A DNA stretch of 62,726 nucleotides, the filler included, from Chiloscyllium plagiosum (Eukaryota), in assembly GCF_004010195.1 (NCBI RefSeq). It is 3 parts of one record of this genome, joined end to end, with 100 filler letters (N's around TTAATTAATTAA, not from the genome) between each part and the next. Parts side by side here need not be neighbours in the genome. Positions count along the whole stretch, not along the records: positions 22,538 to 48,406 come from NC_057717.1; 2 more parts are not named here. One strand, written 5' to 3'. A program made the position numbers and the translations under genes. Shown in pieces: positions 25,280-38,317 of this stretch (position 1 is its first letter; each line of letters opens with the position of its first letter). The notes beneath the pieces are model-generated. The model ran no database searches. It was given only the letters and a program-made list of their open reading frames with translations, and was not told the DNA's origin.

Positions 25280-26910
25280 CCCACGCAAGAACCTGCAGCT
25301 CACATAGAATGGGGGAATAAAATAGATTGTGTAGAAAGAAAGAACTGAGTAAATCCCTTTGTTCTTCACTCTGGAAGAGGAGAACATGTGGATGGAGTTC
25401 AGAAGGGACTGTGAGGAATTTGCACAGATTGATATAGGAAATGGCGAGGTATTAGAGGCTCTGTTGGGTTAAAAACAGACAAATCTCCTTGCCTGGATGA
25501 GTTGCTGTGAGACATGAGGCAGGCTCTGACACAAATTCTTTATTCATCTCTGGCTATGGGGGAAGTGCCAGAAAACTGGAGGACAGCTAATGTGGGTTCA
25601 CTTTTCACGAAGGGTGGAAGAGATGAACCAAGAGATGACAGACCGTTGAGACTCATGTCACTGGCAGCAAGTTATTGGAGAGAATTAATATCCACTTGGA
25701 AGGGGCTACATTAATTTGGCAGTCAGCTTGGTTTTGCCAGAAGGAGGTCAACAAATTTCTTTGATTTTGTTGGAAAATGTGATCAAGTGTGTGGATGAGG
25801 GAACTTTGGTTGATGTAATTTATATGGATTTCAGCAAAGCTTATTACACTGTCCTACATGGGAGAGTGAGAAGGTTAAAGCACATGAAATTGAGGGAAAC
25901 TTGGTGAGATGGATCAGAAACCAGTTTAGTAATAGGACAGAAAGGGTAATGGTAGAAGGCTGTTTGAGTGATTGGGGGCCAGTGCCCTGTTGTGTACCAC
26001 AATGATCAGTACTGGGATACTTATTGTTTATTATTTACATAAATGATGGAGATAAAAATGTTGGGAAATGTTAAGCAAATTTGCAGACAATACCAAGATT
26101 GGTAGGGTGGTTAATTGTGAAGAAGATGGTTGTAGGATACAAGAAGATACAGACAGATTGGTCAGATGGGCAGAGCAGTGACAGATGGTATTTAAACTGG
26201 TAAGTGTGAGGTGATGCTGTTTAGAAGAAAGGATGAGGGAGTGTTCAATCAATGGCAGGACCCTGGGTAGCTTAGAGGAACAGAGCGATCTTGGAATAAT
26301 TATTTACAGATCCTTGAAAACAGGCATTTGAACAGGATAGTTAAAAAGGATGATGGGACACTAACTTTCATCAGCTGTAGCAGAGAATGTAAGAGCAAGG
26401 AGGTAACGATGCTGCTGTACAGAATGTTGGTTAGGCTATAGATGGAGGAGAGGAAGGATGTGATGGCATTGCAGTGAGATTCACCCCCATGATGTTGCGT
26501 GAGATGGAGCAATTAAGCTAGATAAAATTGGCTTGTTTTCCTTACAGCGAAGACTGAGGAGGAACATGATCGAAGTGTATAAGATTGTGAGGGGTATAGA
26601 CAGAGTGAATAGAGAGTACCTGCTTTCCTTGGTTGAGGGTTCAAGTGACAAGGTTTTAGGTTAAGAGGCAAGAGATTCAGAGGAGCTTTGGTGAAGAAAC
26701 CTTTTCACTTAGAGGTGATGGGAATTTGGATTGCACTTCCTGGGAAGGCAGTAGAGGCCGGAAACCTTACAAGCTTAAAAAATATTTGCATGACCGTTTG
26801 AAATATTATAAAATTCAAGGGTATGTGGCAGGTGCGAGAAGTTGGGATCAGGGCAACTTTAATGGCTGTTATGTCGGTGTTGACTCAATTCATCTTTTCT
26901 GCACTGTATA
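25280..26910 (+). mobile_element. CR1 LINE ORF2 + tail, decayed
   Basis: GEVPENWRTANV..LFTKGGR, VDEG..VDVIYMDFSKAY, LSKFADNTKIG. Confidence 0.85.
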
Positions 26911-27529
26911 ACACTGTGATAGTGATAGTGTTGAGACCTGTTACAGTCACAGGTGGAGGGAATTCCTGAGTGCTGAAACTGTCCAATTTGGTATTGAGAC
27001 TGGCAGGTGGATAGAGGTAGTGACTCAGAGCAGGGTCTTCCTGAACAACAGTGAGACACCAAGGAGGCTACTCCGTGTGGGGAATCAGTAAGAATCAGTA
27101 AGATTTGTCCTCCGTGTGGGGACAAATTTTTCGGGAAAAGATAATCATTGGCGATTCCATAATCAGGAGATTAGAAGAACTCTTCGAAGGATATGAGCTG
27201 TGAAAAGGTCATGAAGGGTAAATCACCTGTCTAGTACCAAAGGGAAGAACATTGTGCTTATAGAAGGAATGTTCTAATTAAACTCAAGAATTATTAGACA
27301 AGGCTTCAGTGTTTCTGATTTCTGCATCATTTTGCACTGGTCTGTTTGAGGAGACGAATGAGAGGCAGCTGTGGTTAAGGCCTTGAACAGAAGGAAAGTG
27401 TTCATGTTCTTGGGTAATTGAAATAGGTTCAGAGAGAAGGAAAAGGAAGCCTATGATTTAAAAAAAATCTTTCATGGGGTGTTGGCATCATTGGCATTTA
27501 TTGCCCATCTCTAATTGCCCTCTGATCTC

Positions 27530-28682
27530 CGAAGCCAATTCATGGACACCTCCTCCTACTCTCCCCTCGACCACGACCTCACCTCCCATCAGTAAACGAT
27601 CATCTCCCAGGCTTTCCACATCCTCCTAAAATCTCCCATCCAGAACCTCTAAACTCATGGTCCGGTTCTACCTCGTACCCAAAATCTACAAACCTGACTG
27701 CCCCAGTCAGCCCATTGCCTCTGCCTGCTCCTGCCCCACCAAACCTATCTCCTCGCATCTGAACACCATCCTGTCCCCCTTTGTCCAGGAGCTCCCTGCC
27801 TCTGTTCGGAACAGCATCCATGATCTCCATCTCCTCCATGACTCACCATGGGCATCCAATCCCTTTACATGTCCATCCACCATGGCTAAGGCCTCCAAGC
27901 TCTCTGTTTCTTCCTTTCCCACTGACACAACCAGCATCCCTCTAACAACATACTCATTTGATTGGTGGAAATGGTCCTCACCCTCAACAATTTCTCCTTC
28001 GAATCTTCCCATTTGCTTCAGACCAAAAAAAAACAGCCACGGGCACCCGCTATGCCTGCCTCTTCATCAAGCATGTGTTACTTCTGCTGTTACTCTGGCA
28101 CCACCCCTCAACTGTTCCTCCGCTACATTGATGACAGCATCAGCACAACCTCATGCTTGTTCCCACGAGGAGGTTGAACAGTTCATCAACTTCACAAACA
28201 CCCTCCACCCTGAGCTTAATTTCACAAGGACTATGTGTGACACCTCATTTCCCTTAGTTGACCTCTCCATCTCTACCTCCCGCAACCAATTTAACACGGA
28301 CATCTATTTAAAATCCACCAACACTCACATCGACCTTGACTACACATCCTCCCAAACACCACACCCACCCCCACTCCTGTAAAAATGCGATCCTTTGTTC
28401 CCAATTCCTCTTACTGCACTTTTTCTACTTCCAGGACGAGCAATTTCACTCCCGGACATCATATATGGCCTCCTATTTCCAGGAACACAATCTTCCCTCC
28501 CATGTCATCAACAATGCCCGCTAGCACATCTTCTCCACTTCCCACACCTCTACCCTTTAAACCCGCCCTCCCAAATGCAACAAGGATAGAACGCTCCTGC
28601 TCCTCACCTTCAACCCCACTAATCTCTGGATACAGCGCATTATCTTCTACCAATTCCACCACCTGCAACCATTCCCCCACTG
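27530..28682 (+). mobile_element. Penelope-like element reverse transcriptase, frameshifted, running into a gap
   Basis: RFYLVPKIYKPDCPSQPIASACSCPT, LTLNNFSFESSH.LQ, LFLRYIDD, DIYLKSTNTH..LDYTSS, SCKNAI..SQFL. Confidence 0.9.
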
Positions 28683-29182
28683 NNNNNNNNNNNNNNNNNN
28701 NNNNNNNNNNNNNNNNNNNNNNNNNNNNNNNNNNNNNNNNNNNNNNNNNNNNNNNNNNNNNNNNNNNNNNNNNNNNNNNNNNNNNNNNNNNNNNNNNNNN
28801 NNNNNNNNNNNNNNNNNNNNNNNNNNNNNNNNNNNNNNNNNNNNNNNNNNNNNNNNNNNNNNNNNNNNNNNNNNNNNNNNNNNNNNNNNNNNNNNNNNNN
28901 NNNNNNNNNNNNNNNNNNNNNNNNNNNNNNNNNNNNNNNNNNNNNNNNNNNNNNNNNNNNNNNNNNNNNNNNNNNNNNNNNNNNNNNNNNNNNNNNNNNN
29001 NNNNNNNNNNNNNNNNNNNNNNNNNNNNNNNNNNNNNNNNNNNNNNNNNNNNNNNNNNNNNNNNNNNNNNNNNNNNNNNNNNNNNNNNNNNNNNNNNNNN
29101 NNNNNNNNNNNNNNNNNNNNNNNNNNNNNNNNNNNNNNNNNNNNNNNNNNNNNNNNNNNNNNNNNNNNNNNNNNNNNNNNNN

Positions 29183-29930
29183 GATTCTGGATTAAAGTGG
29201 TGCTGGAAAAGCACAACAGTTCAGGCAGTATCCGAGGAGCAGGAAAATCTATTCCTGATTAAGGGCTTTTGCCCAAAACGTCGATTTTCCTGCTCCTCGA
29301 ATACTGCCTGCACTGCTGTGCTTTTCCAGCACCACTCTAATCCAGAATCTGTGTTGCTGGAAAAGCACAGCAGGTCAAGTAGTACCTGAGGAGCAGGAAA
29401 ATTGACATTTCGGGCCAGAGCCCTTCATCAGGAGTGAGGCTGGGAGCCTCAGGACTAGAACGATAAATTAGAGGAGGGTGGGGCTGGGGAGAAGATAGCT
29501 GAGAGTGCAATAGCTGGATAGCGGTTGGGGTAAAGGTGATCGGCCAGAGAGGAGGGTGGAGTGGATAGATGGAAAGGAACATTGACTGGTGGGACAGGTC
29601 ATGAGGGCGGTGCTGAGCTGGAAGGTTGGAACTGGGGTAGGGTAGGTGGAGGGGAAATGAGGACTCAAGGCATCTTTTGTGTTCGTTCCTCATAGCGCTT
29701 AATTCCCCGATATTTCTCTGGGAGAATAAGTTCCTTGTATTTCAGTTTTAAATAAATTTCCCCTAAATCCCCTAGTCTGAGATTCCCCCAAGCACCGCAG
29801 ATCAGGCAGCATCTGAGGACCCCGAAACATTGATTTTCCTGCTCCTCTGATGCTGCCTGACCTGATGTGCTTTTCCAGCACCACTCTGATCTAAGCTCTG
29901 GTTTTCAGCATCTGCAGTTCTCACTTCTGC
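29183..29930. mobile_element. Cluster of PLE pLTR fragments in alternating orientation
   Basis: Repeated gctggaaaagcacagcag..tcaggcagcatc and its reverse complement. HHR-like motifs at about 29251-29285 (+, mutated core) and 29402-29433 (-, intact core). Confidence 0.8.
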
Positions 29931-31099
29931 GTACCAATATTCCACAAGTCTACCGAATGAACTCTTTTGAACTGCATCCAATTCTGATATCTATTTTCCT
30001 AAATATAGGATACAAAACTGTACACAGTACTCTGGCTGCAACCTCACCAACATCCTACATAGTTGTTGTAAAACTTCCCTAATTTAAACTCCCTCTCCCC
30101 AGCAATAAAGATCAAAGTTCTGTGGGTGTTCTTCATTACTTGTAACCTTTTAATCACTCCTTAATCCTCAAAACTTCATCGTGATCTCACTTCATCTGTA
30201 ATCATATTCCCCATCGAGGGGATTAACTCTTCAACCATTACCTGAGCGATAGTTGTGAGTAAACAGTTTTGTGAGAAAGAGGCTTCATCCACATTGCAAA
30301 TAGGTCAGTAATGTCCAAACAATAAATATTTACCTGGCTCAACGGGGGCCTCCTGAGAAATATATCTGGATAGCTCCCATGCTCCCATGTCTCTGTTGAT
30401 CAGAGCTGGTACAACATGGGGTCCTTGATTGGTGTTCCCAGGTCATACTGCGCACAGAAAATGGATCAATAGTGTTTTGCTATATCTCTTCCTATTCCGT
30501 GCCACTACAAGAATCTGTCCTTCCTCCTCAACATGGCTTCCCTCCCATCCAGTATATTTCTGTGGTATGAGGATGTTAAGCTGAATGCAACATGGTGCTG
30601 CCACCTTTCCTCTCTTCATCAGACACATCTGTGCATTTTTGCAATTCCTTGTTGTTGCCATTGTTTTTAATCCTTCCCTCTCATCCACATTCCCGCTTAA
30701 ATAAAGGATATCCTACTCTAAATTTACAGTTTCCGCTTCCTCAAACTCAATTGATGCTACTGACTCTTGTTGCTTACGGCCTGTTCGAACTGTTGCTTTG
30801 TGTCACATCTGCCTGTCAGTTGCAGAACTGGATGAAATCTGTTCCCTTCCGATATGCTTTAATCATTATTGCCATAGCCTCGAGTAGTCCTCTAGCAGTT
30901 TATTTCGAATTTTCTAATTGCTGTCTCATGCTCTAGATCTGTCTGTCTCTTATGTCCACCCGTTCCCTCAACTCCACACTATCATACAGTCATGTAGAAA
31001 ACCAGAGGTATAGCTACTGTCTGCTAGCCTGTTGAGTATGACAGCATATCTAGAGTAATAATCTGTACCCAATATTCTAACTTGTTGTGAATGTTTTTT

Positions 31100-32260
31100 A
31101 TGTCCACAGTTTATTGGCCATGCCTAGATGCCCTTGAGAAGGTGTTGTTGAGCTGCTGCCTTGAACTGCTGCAGTCCATCCTGCTGGTAGATCCACAATG
31201 CCCTTCATGAGGGAGTTCCAGGACTTTGACCCAGTGACACTGCAGGAATGGTGATACTTTTCCAAGTTAGGATAATGAATGTCTTGGAGAAGAATTTGGA
31301 GGTTGTGGTGTTCCAAAGTACCTGCTTCCCTATCCTTCTAGATGGAAATGGTCATGGATTCTGAAGGCTCTGTCTAAATATCTTTCGCAAATTTCTGCAG
31401 TATATGCTGTCAATAGTACCCACTGCTGTTATGATGCGTTAGTGAGTGAGGGAGTACATGTTTGTGGATGTGATCCCATTCAAACAGGCTGCTTGGAGGT
31501 TAAGTTTCATGTGTAGTTGCAGCTGCACCCATCCAGGCAATTGGGAAGCATGCCAGCTTGACTTATTTCTTGTAGATGATGGAAAGACTTTGGGAGTTAG
31601 GAGGTAAGTTACTTACAGTCATACAACCTAGCCTGTAACCTGTTCTTGTAGCCATTATATTTAAATGTTGAACCTGTTAAATTTTTGGTCAATGGCAATC
31701 CCCAGGTTGTTGAATGAGGGTGACACCATTGAATGTCAAGGAGGAGTGGTTATTTTGTCTTTTATTGGGGATAGACATTGCCTGGTATTTGTCTGATGTG
31801 AATGTTACTTGCCACTTGTTAGTCCAATCCTGAATATTGTCTGCTCTATTCATGAAACATTCACTTCTCCACTTCCTGATGCTGCCTCACTTCCTGTGTT
31901 CTTCCAGCCTCCTGCCTGTCTATCTTGCTGCATTTTGGACATGGACTGCTTCAGTATTTGACGAGTTACAAATGATGCTGAACATTGTGCACTGAGTGGG
32001 TGTCACTGAGTAGGTCCGTACTCTCACTTGATGACACCTTCCATCACTATACTACTGATTGAGAGTAGATTGATGGGATGATAATTCACCGAGTTGGACT
32101 TGTCCTACCTTTAATATACAGGACATGCTTGGACAGTTTTCCACATGGAAGTGGGGATGGGTGGCTGATGCTGTGGCTGCACTGGAAGAGCTTGGTGATG
32201 GTATTTCTGGAGTATAAGCCTTCAGTACTGTTGTCGCCATGTTGTCAGGGCCCATAGCCT
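31100..32260 (-). mobile_element. Second LINE family, 3' region
   Basis: Reverse complement of atggactgcagcagttcaaggcagcagctc...ccttctcaagggc...aataa; upstream GPDNMATTVLKAYTPE. Confidence 0.75.
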
Positions 32261-32787
32261 TTGCTGTCTGTCATTGGCAGCCTGCATGTATCCATGTGAC
32301 AAAGCTTCAACAGAACATACAGCAGCCTCATCTGCAGGAAGGACTTTCACTCTCGAAATCCAACAGATCTGTGGCTGCCACAAGAATCCCTCATGACGAT
32401 GGAAGCCCCCACAAAACCTACACATTGTGGCAATCCTGGGTGCTTGAGTTATTCAGGCTATCTCTTTGCCATCAGGCTCAGTACTGGATGACAGGAGATG
32501 ATAGTTCAACAGAACTTTCACTGAGCTAGTAGTCCAAAGCATGACCATAATTTACAATGCTTAAGACCGGTGGATGACAGAATGCTGCTCACTTGTCTGG
32601 ATCAGTGCTGGTCCAACAACACTTGCAGCTTGACATCATCCAGGGATGAAAGGAATCCACTCACTCCATCACCAATGCACTGTCCTAGCTGTATAAACTG
32701 TATGGAAGATGCACTGTTGTAACTCATGAACATTTCTTACAATTGGGACATCGATATCACAAAGTCTTTACACGCTACAAGAACAAA

Positions 32788-32998
32788 TATAATTCAGAGA
32801 TGCCGGTGTTGGACTGGGGTGTACAAAGTTAAAAATCACACAACACCAGGTTATAGCCCAACAGGTTTAATTGGAAGCACACTAGCTTTCGGAGCGAGGC
32901 TCTGAATCACCTGATGAAGGAGCGTCGCTCCGAAAGCTAGTGTGCTTCCAATTAAACCTGTTGGACTATAACCTGGTGTTGTGTGATTTTTAACTTTG
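32788..32998. mobile_element. Young fold-back PLE-derived element with a hammerhead at the hairpin apex
   Basis: 78-bp arms (32820-32897 and 32925-33002) with one mismatch. TSD TACAAGAACAAA at 32776-32787 and 32999-33010. Confidence 0.9.
32908..32942 (+). ncRNA. Minimal hammerhead ribozyme motif
   Basis: cac-CUGAUGA-A-ggagc-guc-gcucc-GAAA-gc-UA-gug. Perfect stems I and II, palindromic AGCU stem III; predicted cut after A32939. Confidence 0.8.
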
Positions 32999-34179
32999 TA
33001 CAAGAACAAAGACAGCAAACGTGTGAAGTCAGCACTGTCTGTAAGTTCCCTCCAAGACACCATCCTGACTTCGAACAACATCTCTATCTCTTTGCTGTCA
33101 CTGTATCAGCATCCTAGCACCACCTACTGAACTGCTTTGGTGATGTATCTACACCAGATGGACAGCAGCAAGCCAAGAATAGATCACAAATTCGTGTACA
33201 AAGACAAGTGGATGGGCAACCAATACTGACTTTGCCAGATACGCATAAACAAATAAATAAAAGCAATCTGTACTGACCGAAGGACACTTGGGCCAATGTG
33301 CATCTATGTGGAACACGTGCAGAGGAGAGAGACACCCAGACATCCTATTTCCTGTTGTTGTGCTATGCTCTGTGTAACCTGAAGCTACAGTGGGAAAAGT
33401 TTTGAACAATGAGTTCTATTGCTTCTTAAACAGTCAGTAGCCGGAATCAATCTTAACCAGAGACTACACAATGAAGAGTCTCATGGACCACGATGTCAGA
33501 TGTGTGCAAGGGAGACACAAGATTCAGTAATTTCAACTGAAGGTGACTCTCACATCAATGCAATATATTGTCCATCTTTGTTAGCAATGGTGCTGTTCTT
33601 TCAATGTCTTTACTATCTCTTGGACCTCTCGTGATATGAAGCACAGAAACTAGAAATGTTTTGGTATCATTTAGTGCTTTCCTTCTCATTTCACTGTTTA
33701 CAAGAGCCAGTGAACTCTTAAAGACACAGAGATGTGGAAAATTGAAAGTTTTTTTTGTCATGTACTCTCTCAGAATTAATTGAAAATATCTACAGAGAAA
33801 GATGACATCCAATAACAATGTACAGTCAGATGAAATCTAAGGGCTTCAGGAGGAAGATTTTAAACAAATGCTTGCATGTACACTGATATTCTACCTCTGC
33901 AATATCAGCTGAGGTGGTGACAAAATGCGCATATCTTTCCTCCATAGATTTTGTTAAATCTGCCTCTCCTCCAGCTGCCTATAGCCTGGAGGATACCTAT
34001 AATCTGAGTGGCTTCCACACGGAACCTGCTGGCTCATTAGAAGTGCCTGTGTGGCGCACCCCCACCCAGATGCTGTAGGCAGCTGCTGTTATACCCAGTC
34101 AGGGTAAACTGGACCCTCCCTACCCATGCTGAGGACTCTGAGCTGATGGAGGTGCAATGCTGCTGCTGAGGTATTGCTA

Positions 34180-34465
34180 ATGACTGGACAGAGATGTTTT
34201 TTCTACCAATTTTACTTTTGTCATTGGTCGCATGCCAGACCTTCAGTTTCTCCTTGTAACCTTTTCCTGACGACATCAGTTCAGTGATTTTTTTTGTCAT
34301 TGCAACTGGATGCCCTATGCTTTCTCACCTTCTCAACAGTCTCTATCTGAACCTGCCTTGATTGCCTTGATTTTCTCCTCCAGTTTTGATAGAACAGGGA
34401 CTGCTGCAGCCTGAGGGAGTATGAATGAATCCAGGAGCCACCCGGATCTCGCTGTTGCCATTTGA
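34180..34465 (-). mobile_element. Probable Harbinger-type Myb/SANT gene remnant
   Basis: RVAPGF near the start and KKITELMSSGK..EK resemble RxAPRF...QCRKKxNDLxRSAKxK. Heavily decayed. Confidence 0.45.
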
Positions 34466-35101
34466 GCTCTTTGTTAGTAACTCGTGATCCCCGGAGGCTC
34501 CTTCGAGAACTGTTGTTTTAAAGTACTGCTGACTGCCTTTAAAAATGGCCCCATGATTGCCTGAACCAGGACATTCTTTGCTCATACTGAATGGATGACT
34601 CTCCCCTGCCTGCCAGCTGTTAATTGTCCAACTCTGATAATATTGTATTCATGACTCTATTCCTACCCTACACACACGGCCACACTTCCTCATTCCAGAC
34701 AAATTTCACAGCTTCCAGTTATATCATGACCCTTATCTTCAACACCAGCACTAATGCCACTCCTGCTCCACTGGTCTTAACTCATTATCCTTCCTAATAA
34801 GAACATAATGATGCAGAGGTTCTGCTTTGCACCCCTATCATTTTATTTAATTATTTCTGCACTGCATTTTGTTCTTTCATTCCCTCCCATTTCCCTCCCC
34901 TGTCTTTGTTATTAAACCCTTTCATTTGCAGCTTTTTCCAGTTCTAATGAAAGTACACAGCACTCAAACATTAATTTCACAGGATCAATATAACTTTTGT
35001 TCTGAATTAAATTTTGAGGACTTCGTACTGTACATTATTGTTGTCATCAAGAGCGCTGTATATTTACCCACATTTCTTATTTTACTGTCAATAATCCCTA
35101 G

Positions 35102-35269
35102 ATTGGCTCTTAACAAACTCACAGATTCCTGTGCCAAGGAACTAGCCTCTACTGTCAGTACAAACCAGTCATTGATGCATTTAAATCTGGGGGGAAACTC
35201 CTTCACAGACCGATCTGTCTCATCTCTCCTCCATCTCATTCGGACCTGTAAGAGTCTACAGGAGATCGA
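35102..35269 (+). CDS. Internal coding exon (168 nt, phase 2-2) of an NLR-type / RNase-inhibitor-like LRR gene
   Basis: Acceptor ...ataatccctAG|A and donor GA|GTGAGT. Encodes LALNKLTDSCAKELASTVSTNQSLMHLNLGGNSFTDRSVSSLLHLIRTCKSLQEI, two 28-aa RI-type LRRs (LxxNxLTD, LxxLxLxxNxF). No stops; length divisible by 3. Confidence 0.9.
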
Positions 35270-35480
35270 GTGAGTATTTACAATAATTTTTAATAGAAAA
35301 AATAAAGTATGAATGGGATTCATTACATTTTAAATAAGTATTATTGAAATATTAACTCCAGTTAGATGAAAAGAAAAATATGTATTTATTTGCAAGACTT
35401 GAATATAGATATTCCTAGTATTTTAAACACCAATGCGGTGAAAAATTATCTTAATAATACTAGCAATTATAACATCAGTT

Positions 35481-35764
35481 GTGGGTGGCACGGTGGCATA
35501 GTGGTTAGCATTGCTGCCTCACAGTGCCAGAGACCCGGGTCAATTCCTACCTCAGGCAACTGTCTGTATGGAGTTTAAACATTCTCCTCGTTTGCTCCGG
35601 TTTCCTCGAACAGTCCAAAAATGTGCTGGTTAGGTGAATTGGCCATGCTAAATTGCCCATAGTGTTAGATGTAGGGGAATGGGTCTGAGTGGGTTGCTCT
35701 TCGGAGGGTCGGTGTGGACGTGTTGGGCCGAAGGGCCTGTTTCCACACTGTAAGTAATCTAATC
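35481..35764 (+). mobile_element. HE1-type SINE in the LRR gene intron
   Basis: gtgggtggcacggtggcatagtggttagc...gggccgaagggcctgtttccacactgtaagtaatctaatc. Confidence 0.9.
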
Positions 35765-36639
35765 AACTTTAAACTGCGCAGATCACAAGGAAAGACGATT
35801 GAAGTATCATGAGAAATAAAACACTGGTTCCTTACAACGAAAGGGAAGCATTTTAAATTAGACAATTACATAAGTTGATTTTTTTTTCTTATTATTTATA
35901 TGGATCACAATTTAGTTAAAATCAACTTACTGCTGTAAAAACTCCAAATCGCTAATTGTCCAGCACATTGATAGGATCTTGCTAATACTCTGATAAAATT
36001 CTCACTGTTGAGCAACAGGATTTTCTAACAATCCACTCCCATATGTAAGCATTTGTTGGGAGTTGGGGGACTCCTAGAAAATCTCTTGAAATATATCAAA
36101 AACTGCACCAGCAGTAAATGGTGTTGAATGCACCTGTTGAATGGTGAATGAAATGGGAAACTCCCCTTCCCTGCAAACCAAGAGAACAACAATATTTCAA
36201 CAATGTAATGACAGAAAATAACATTTCTTGCTGTTATAAAATTCAGAGGAATGAATTTTATAACAGCAATTAATATGATTTCATTATGATACTCACCCTG
36301 AAATAATATGAAGATTGAAATGACATGCAATTATAAAGTACAATGAATTGCCACTTTATCATTTAATTCATGGAAAATGGTGCCAGTCTCATATATTTCC
36401 AGATATAGGAACATTCCAAAACTTGGCAGGGTCAGTCGTGAGCTTCTGGAGATTAAATCTGATCATTGAAAATTGTTAGTAATATGAACAGAAAGAGAGA
36501 GTTAAATTAATTTTGCTGTTCTCTTCTGTCTGTAACAAAGACAGTTTTAGTTTATTTTCCTTTTTTATATAAGCCTGTCTTCCCCAAAATCTATGTTCAT
36601 GATGCTCACTTTTTAAACGGCACTGAAAAACTCTCAGAT

Positions 36640-37289
36640 TAATACAAATAGCTCTGATGAAGAGTCATCTAGACTCAAACCGTTACCGTGCTTTTTCTCC
36701 ATGGATGCTGCCTGACCCACTGTGATCGCCAACATGTTTGTTTTCAGTGCAGATTCCAACATCCGCAGTAGCTTGCTCCAGCACAGAAATCTGGAGGTGA
36801 CTGTATACAAGTAGGTGACTGGGGAATAGAAGGAGTCAGTGAGGTCTGCAGATGCTGGGGATCAGAGTTGAGAGGGAATTGCTGGAAAAGCACAGCAGGT
36901 CAGGCAGCATCCGAGGAGCAGGAAATTCGACATTTTGGACCGGAGCCTTTCATCAGGAATGAGGCTGGGAGCCTCTGGGGTGGAGAGATAAATGGGAAGG
37001 GGGTGGGGCTGCGCAATAAATCACAACAGATGCATATGCAAGTGCACATTCACTTGTGTACAACACAACGAAGCAGGAAGAGAAAAAGAGGAAAAAATAA
37101 GTTAAAATAATGAATTACTTTAAAAATGTAAGATATTAGTATTGATTAATTTGAATTTGAGTCCAGTCATTCAATGGCCAATGAATTCTTGCAGTAACAA
37201 AACAGAAGTTGCTAAAGAGCTCAGCAGGTCTGGCAGCATCTGTGAAGAGAAATCAGTCTGGTGACCCTTCCTCAGAATGTTTGCAGTAA
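36640..37289. mobile_element. Three PLE pLTR fragments (about 36645-36785 +, 36830-37010 -, 37198-37280 -)
   Basis: Decayed HHR motifs ctgatgaagagtcatctagactcaaac and, on the minus strand, attc-CUGAUGA...UC-gaat. The last fragment has TSD TTGCAGTAA (37189-37197, 37281-37289). Confidence 0.75.
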
Positions 37290-38230
37290 GCTAATAGCAT
37301 CTCTGCTAGAGGATTAGAGTTGAAGGTGCTTTGTGGGGTATGAGTTTACTTTGCAAGCGATATAGATGATTCTCACACGAAATACAACATTTGAGTAACT
37401 ATGAACAGTTGATGCATAACTTTATTAATTAAAACGCTAACAGTGTGATGAAACTCTGACTATACACACAAACATATGTACATACAAACCAAATTTTAAA
37501 AAGTGGGGTTATGGATAGAGGGAAGAAAAAAACATTAGGAACACCATAAAATAGCCCCTTTCCATTGAGGTCACTGAGATCATGGAGATCACGTTCTTAC
37601 TGCCAGGACTTGCTGTTCTTCCATCACTCTTCTCGAGGTTCCACTTCCTTACAGAAGGCACTGAATGACTAATTGACAAATTACAAAATCTCTGAGTTAT
37701 TGATTTAAAAGTAACACATTACAGCAAATGGTGACAAAGAATAAGCTGGCTTTTCTCAAGCTTCAAATATTGTCCATTACCACCGCCTCTTCAAGATGGT
37801 TGATCATTTCTGGCTGTATCGTTCACATCCACAAGCTGTTCAGTTCCCCAGGAGCCATTCACACATTTGTTGGCTGACAGGTGACCTTTATCATCCACAG
37901 CTGGTCACAACTGCACAAACCAAGCAGCTACCTGTTGCAGGCCAAATCTCATTTTGTATACATCCTGTGCTGCCAGCCTGTCTTCCTCACTGATTGCACA
38001 AAGCAGCCGTAGAAATGCCAGTTACAATGGTCACTTGCTTTTTAATGCTGCAATCTCTTTACAATTTTTAATTTTAACACTGTCCTTTTCCAATTTCAGT
38101 CAGTAATCAAAAACTACAGAAAAAACAAAAAAAAATAATTGCATATGAACAGAAAATCAAAACCAGCTCAGTTTTTCTGCCTGCTGGTGGAAGTTCAGTC
38201 CATATTAATACAGTTTTTCATTCTGTTTAG

Positions 38231-38317
38231 CCTGAATGATAATTATCTGGGAGATTCCGGAGTGAGATTTCTGTGTGAGACTCTGATGAATCCAGACTGT
38301 AAAATAGAGAGACTGGG
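38231..38317 (+). CDS. Internal coding exon (87 nt, phase 2-2) of the same NLR-type LRR gene
   Basis: Acceptor ttttcattctgtttAG|C and donor GG|GTAAGT. Encodes LNDNYLGDSGVRFLCETLMNPDCKIERL, a classic NLR LRR (LxxNxLGDSGV..L...L.NPDCKI..L). Splicing to the previous exon gives GA+C=Asp and a continuous LQEIDLNDNYLGDSG repeat. Confidence 0.9.

Larger units (their letters stand above)
32520..33250 (+). mobile_element. Second LINE family, 3' region, interrupted by the fold-back element
   Basis: Homologous to 40160-40695 (ccaaagc..acca..tacaa; ccaacaacact...gacatcatccagg; acaccagatggac). Confidence 0.6.

Noticed and set aside
34869..35101. 5' part of ORF 34869-35273
   Set aside because: Intronic read-through over a decayed PLE end; only 35102-35269 has LRR character and splice signals.
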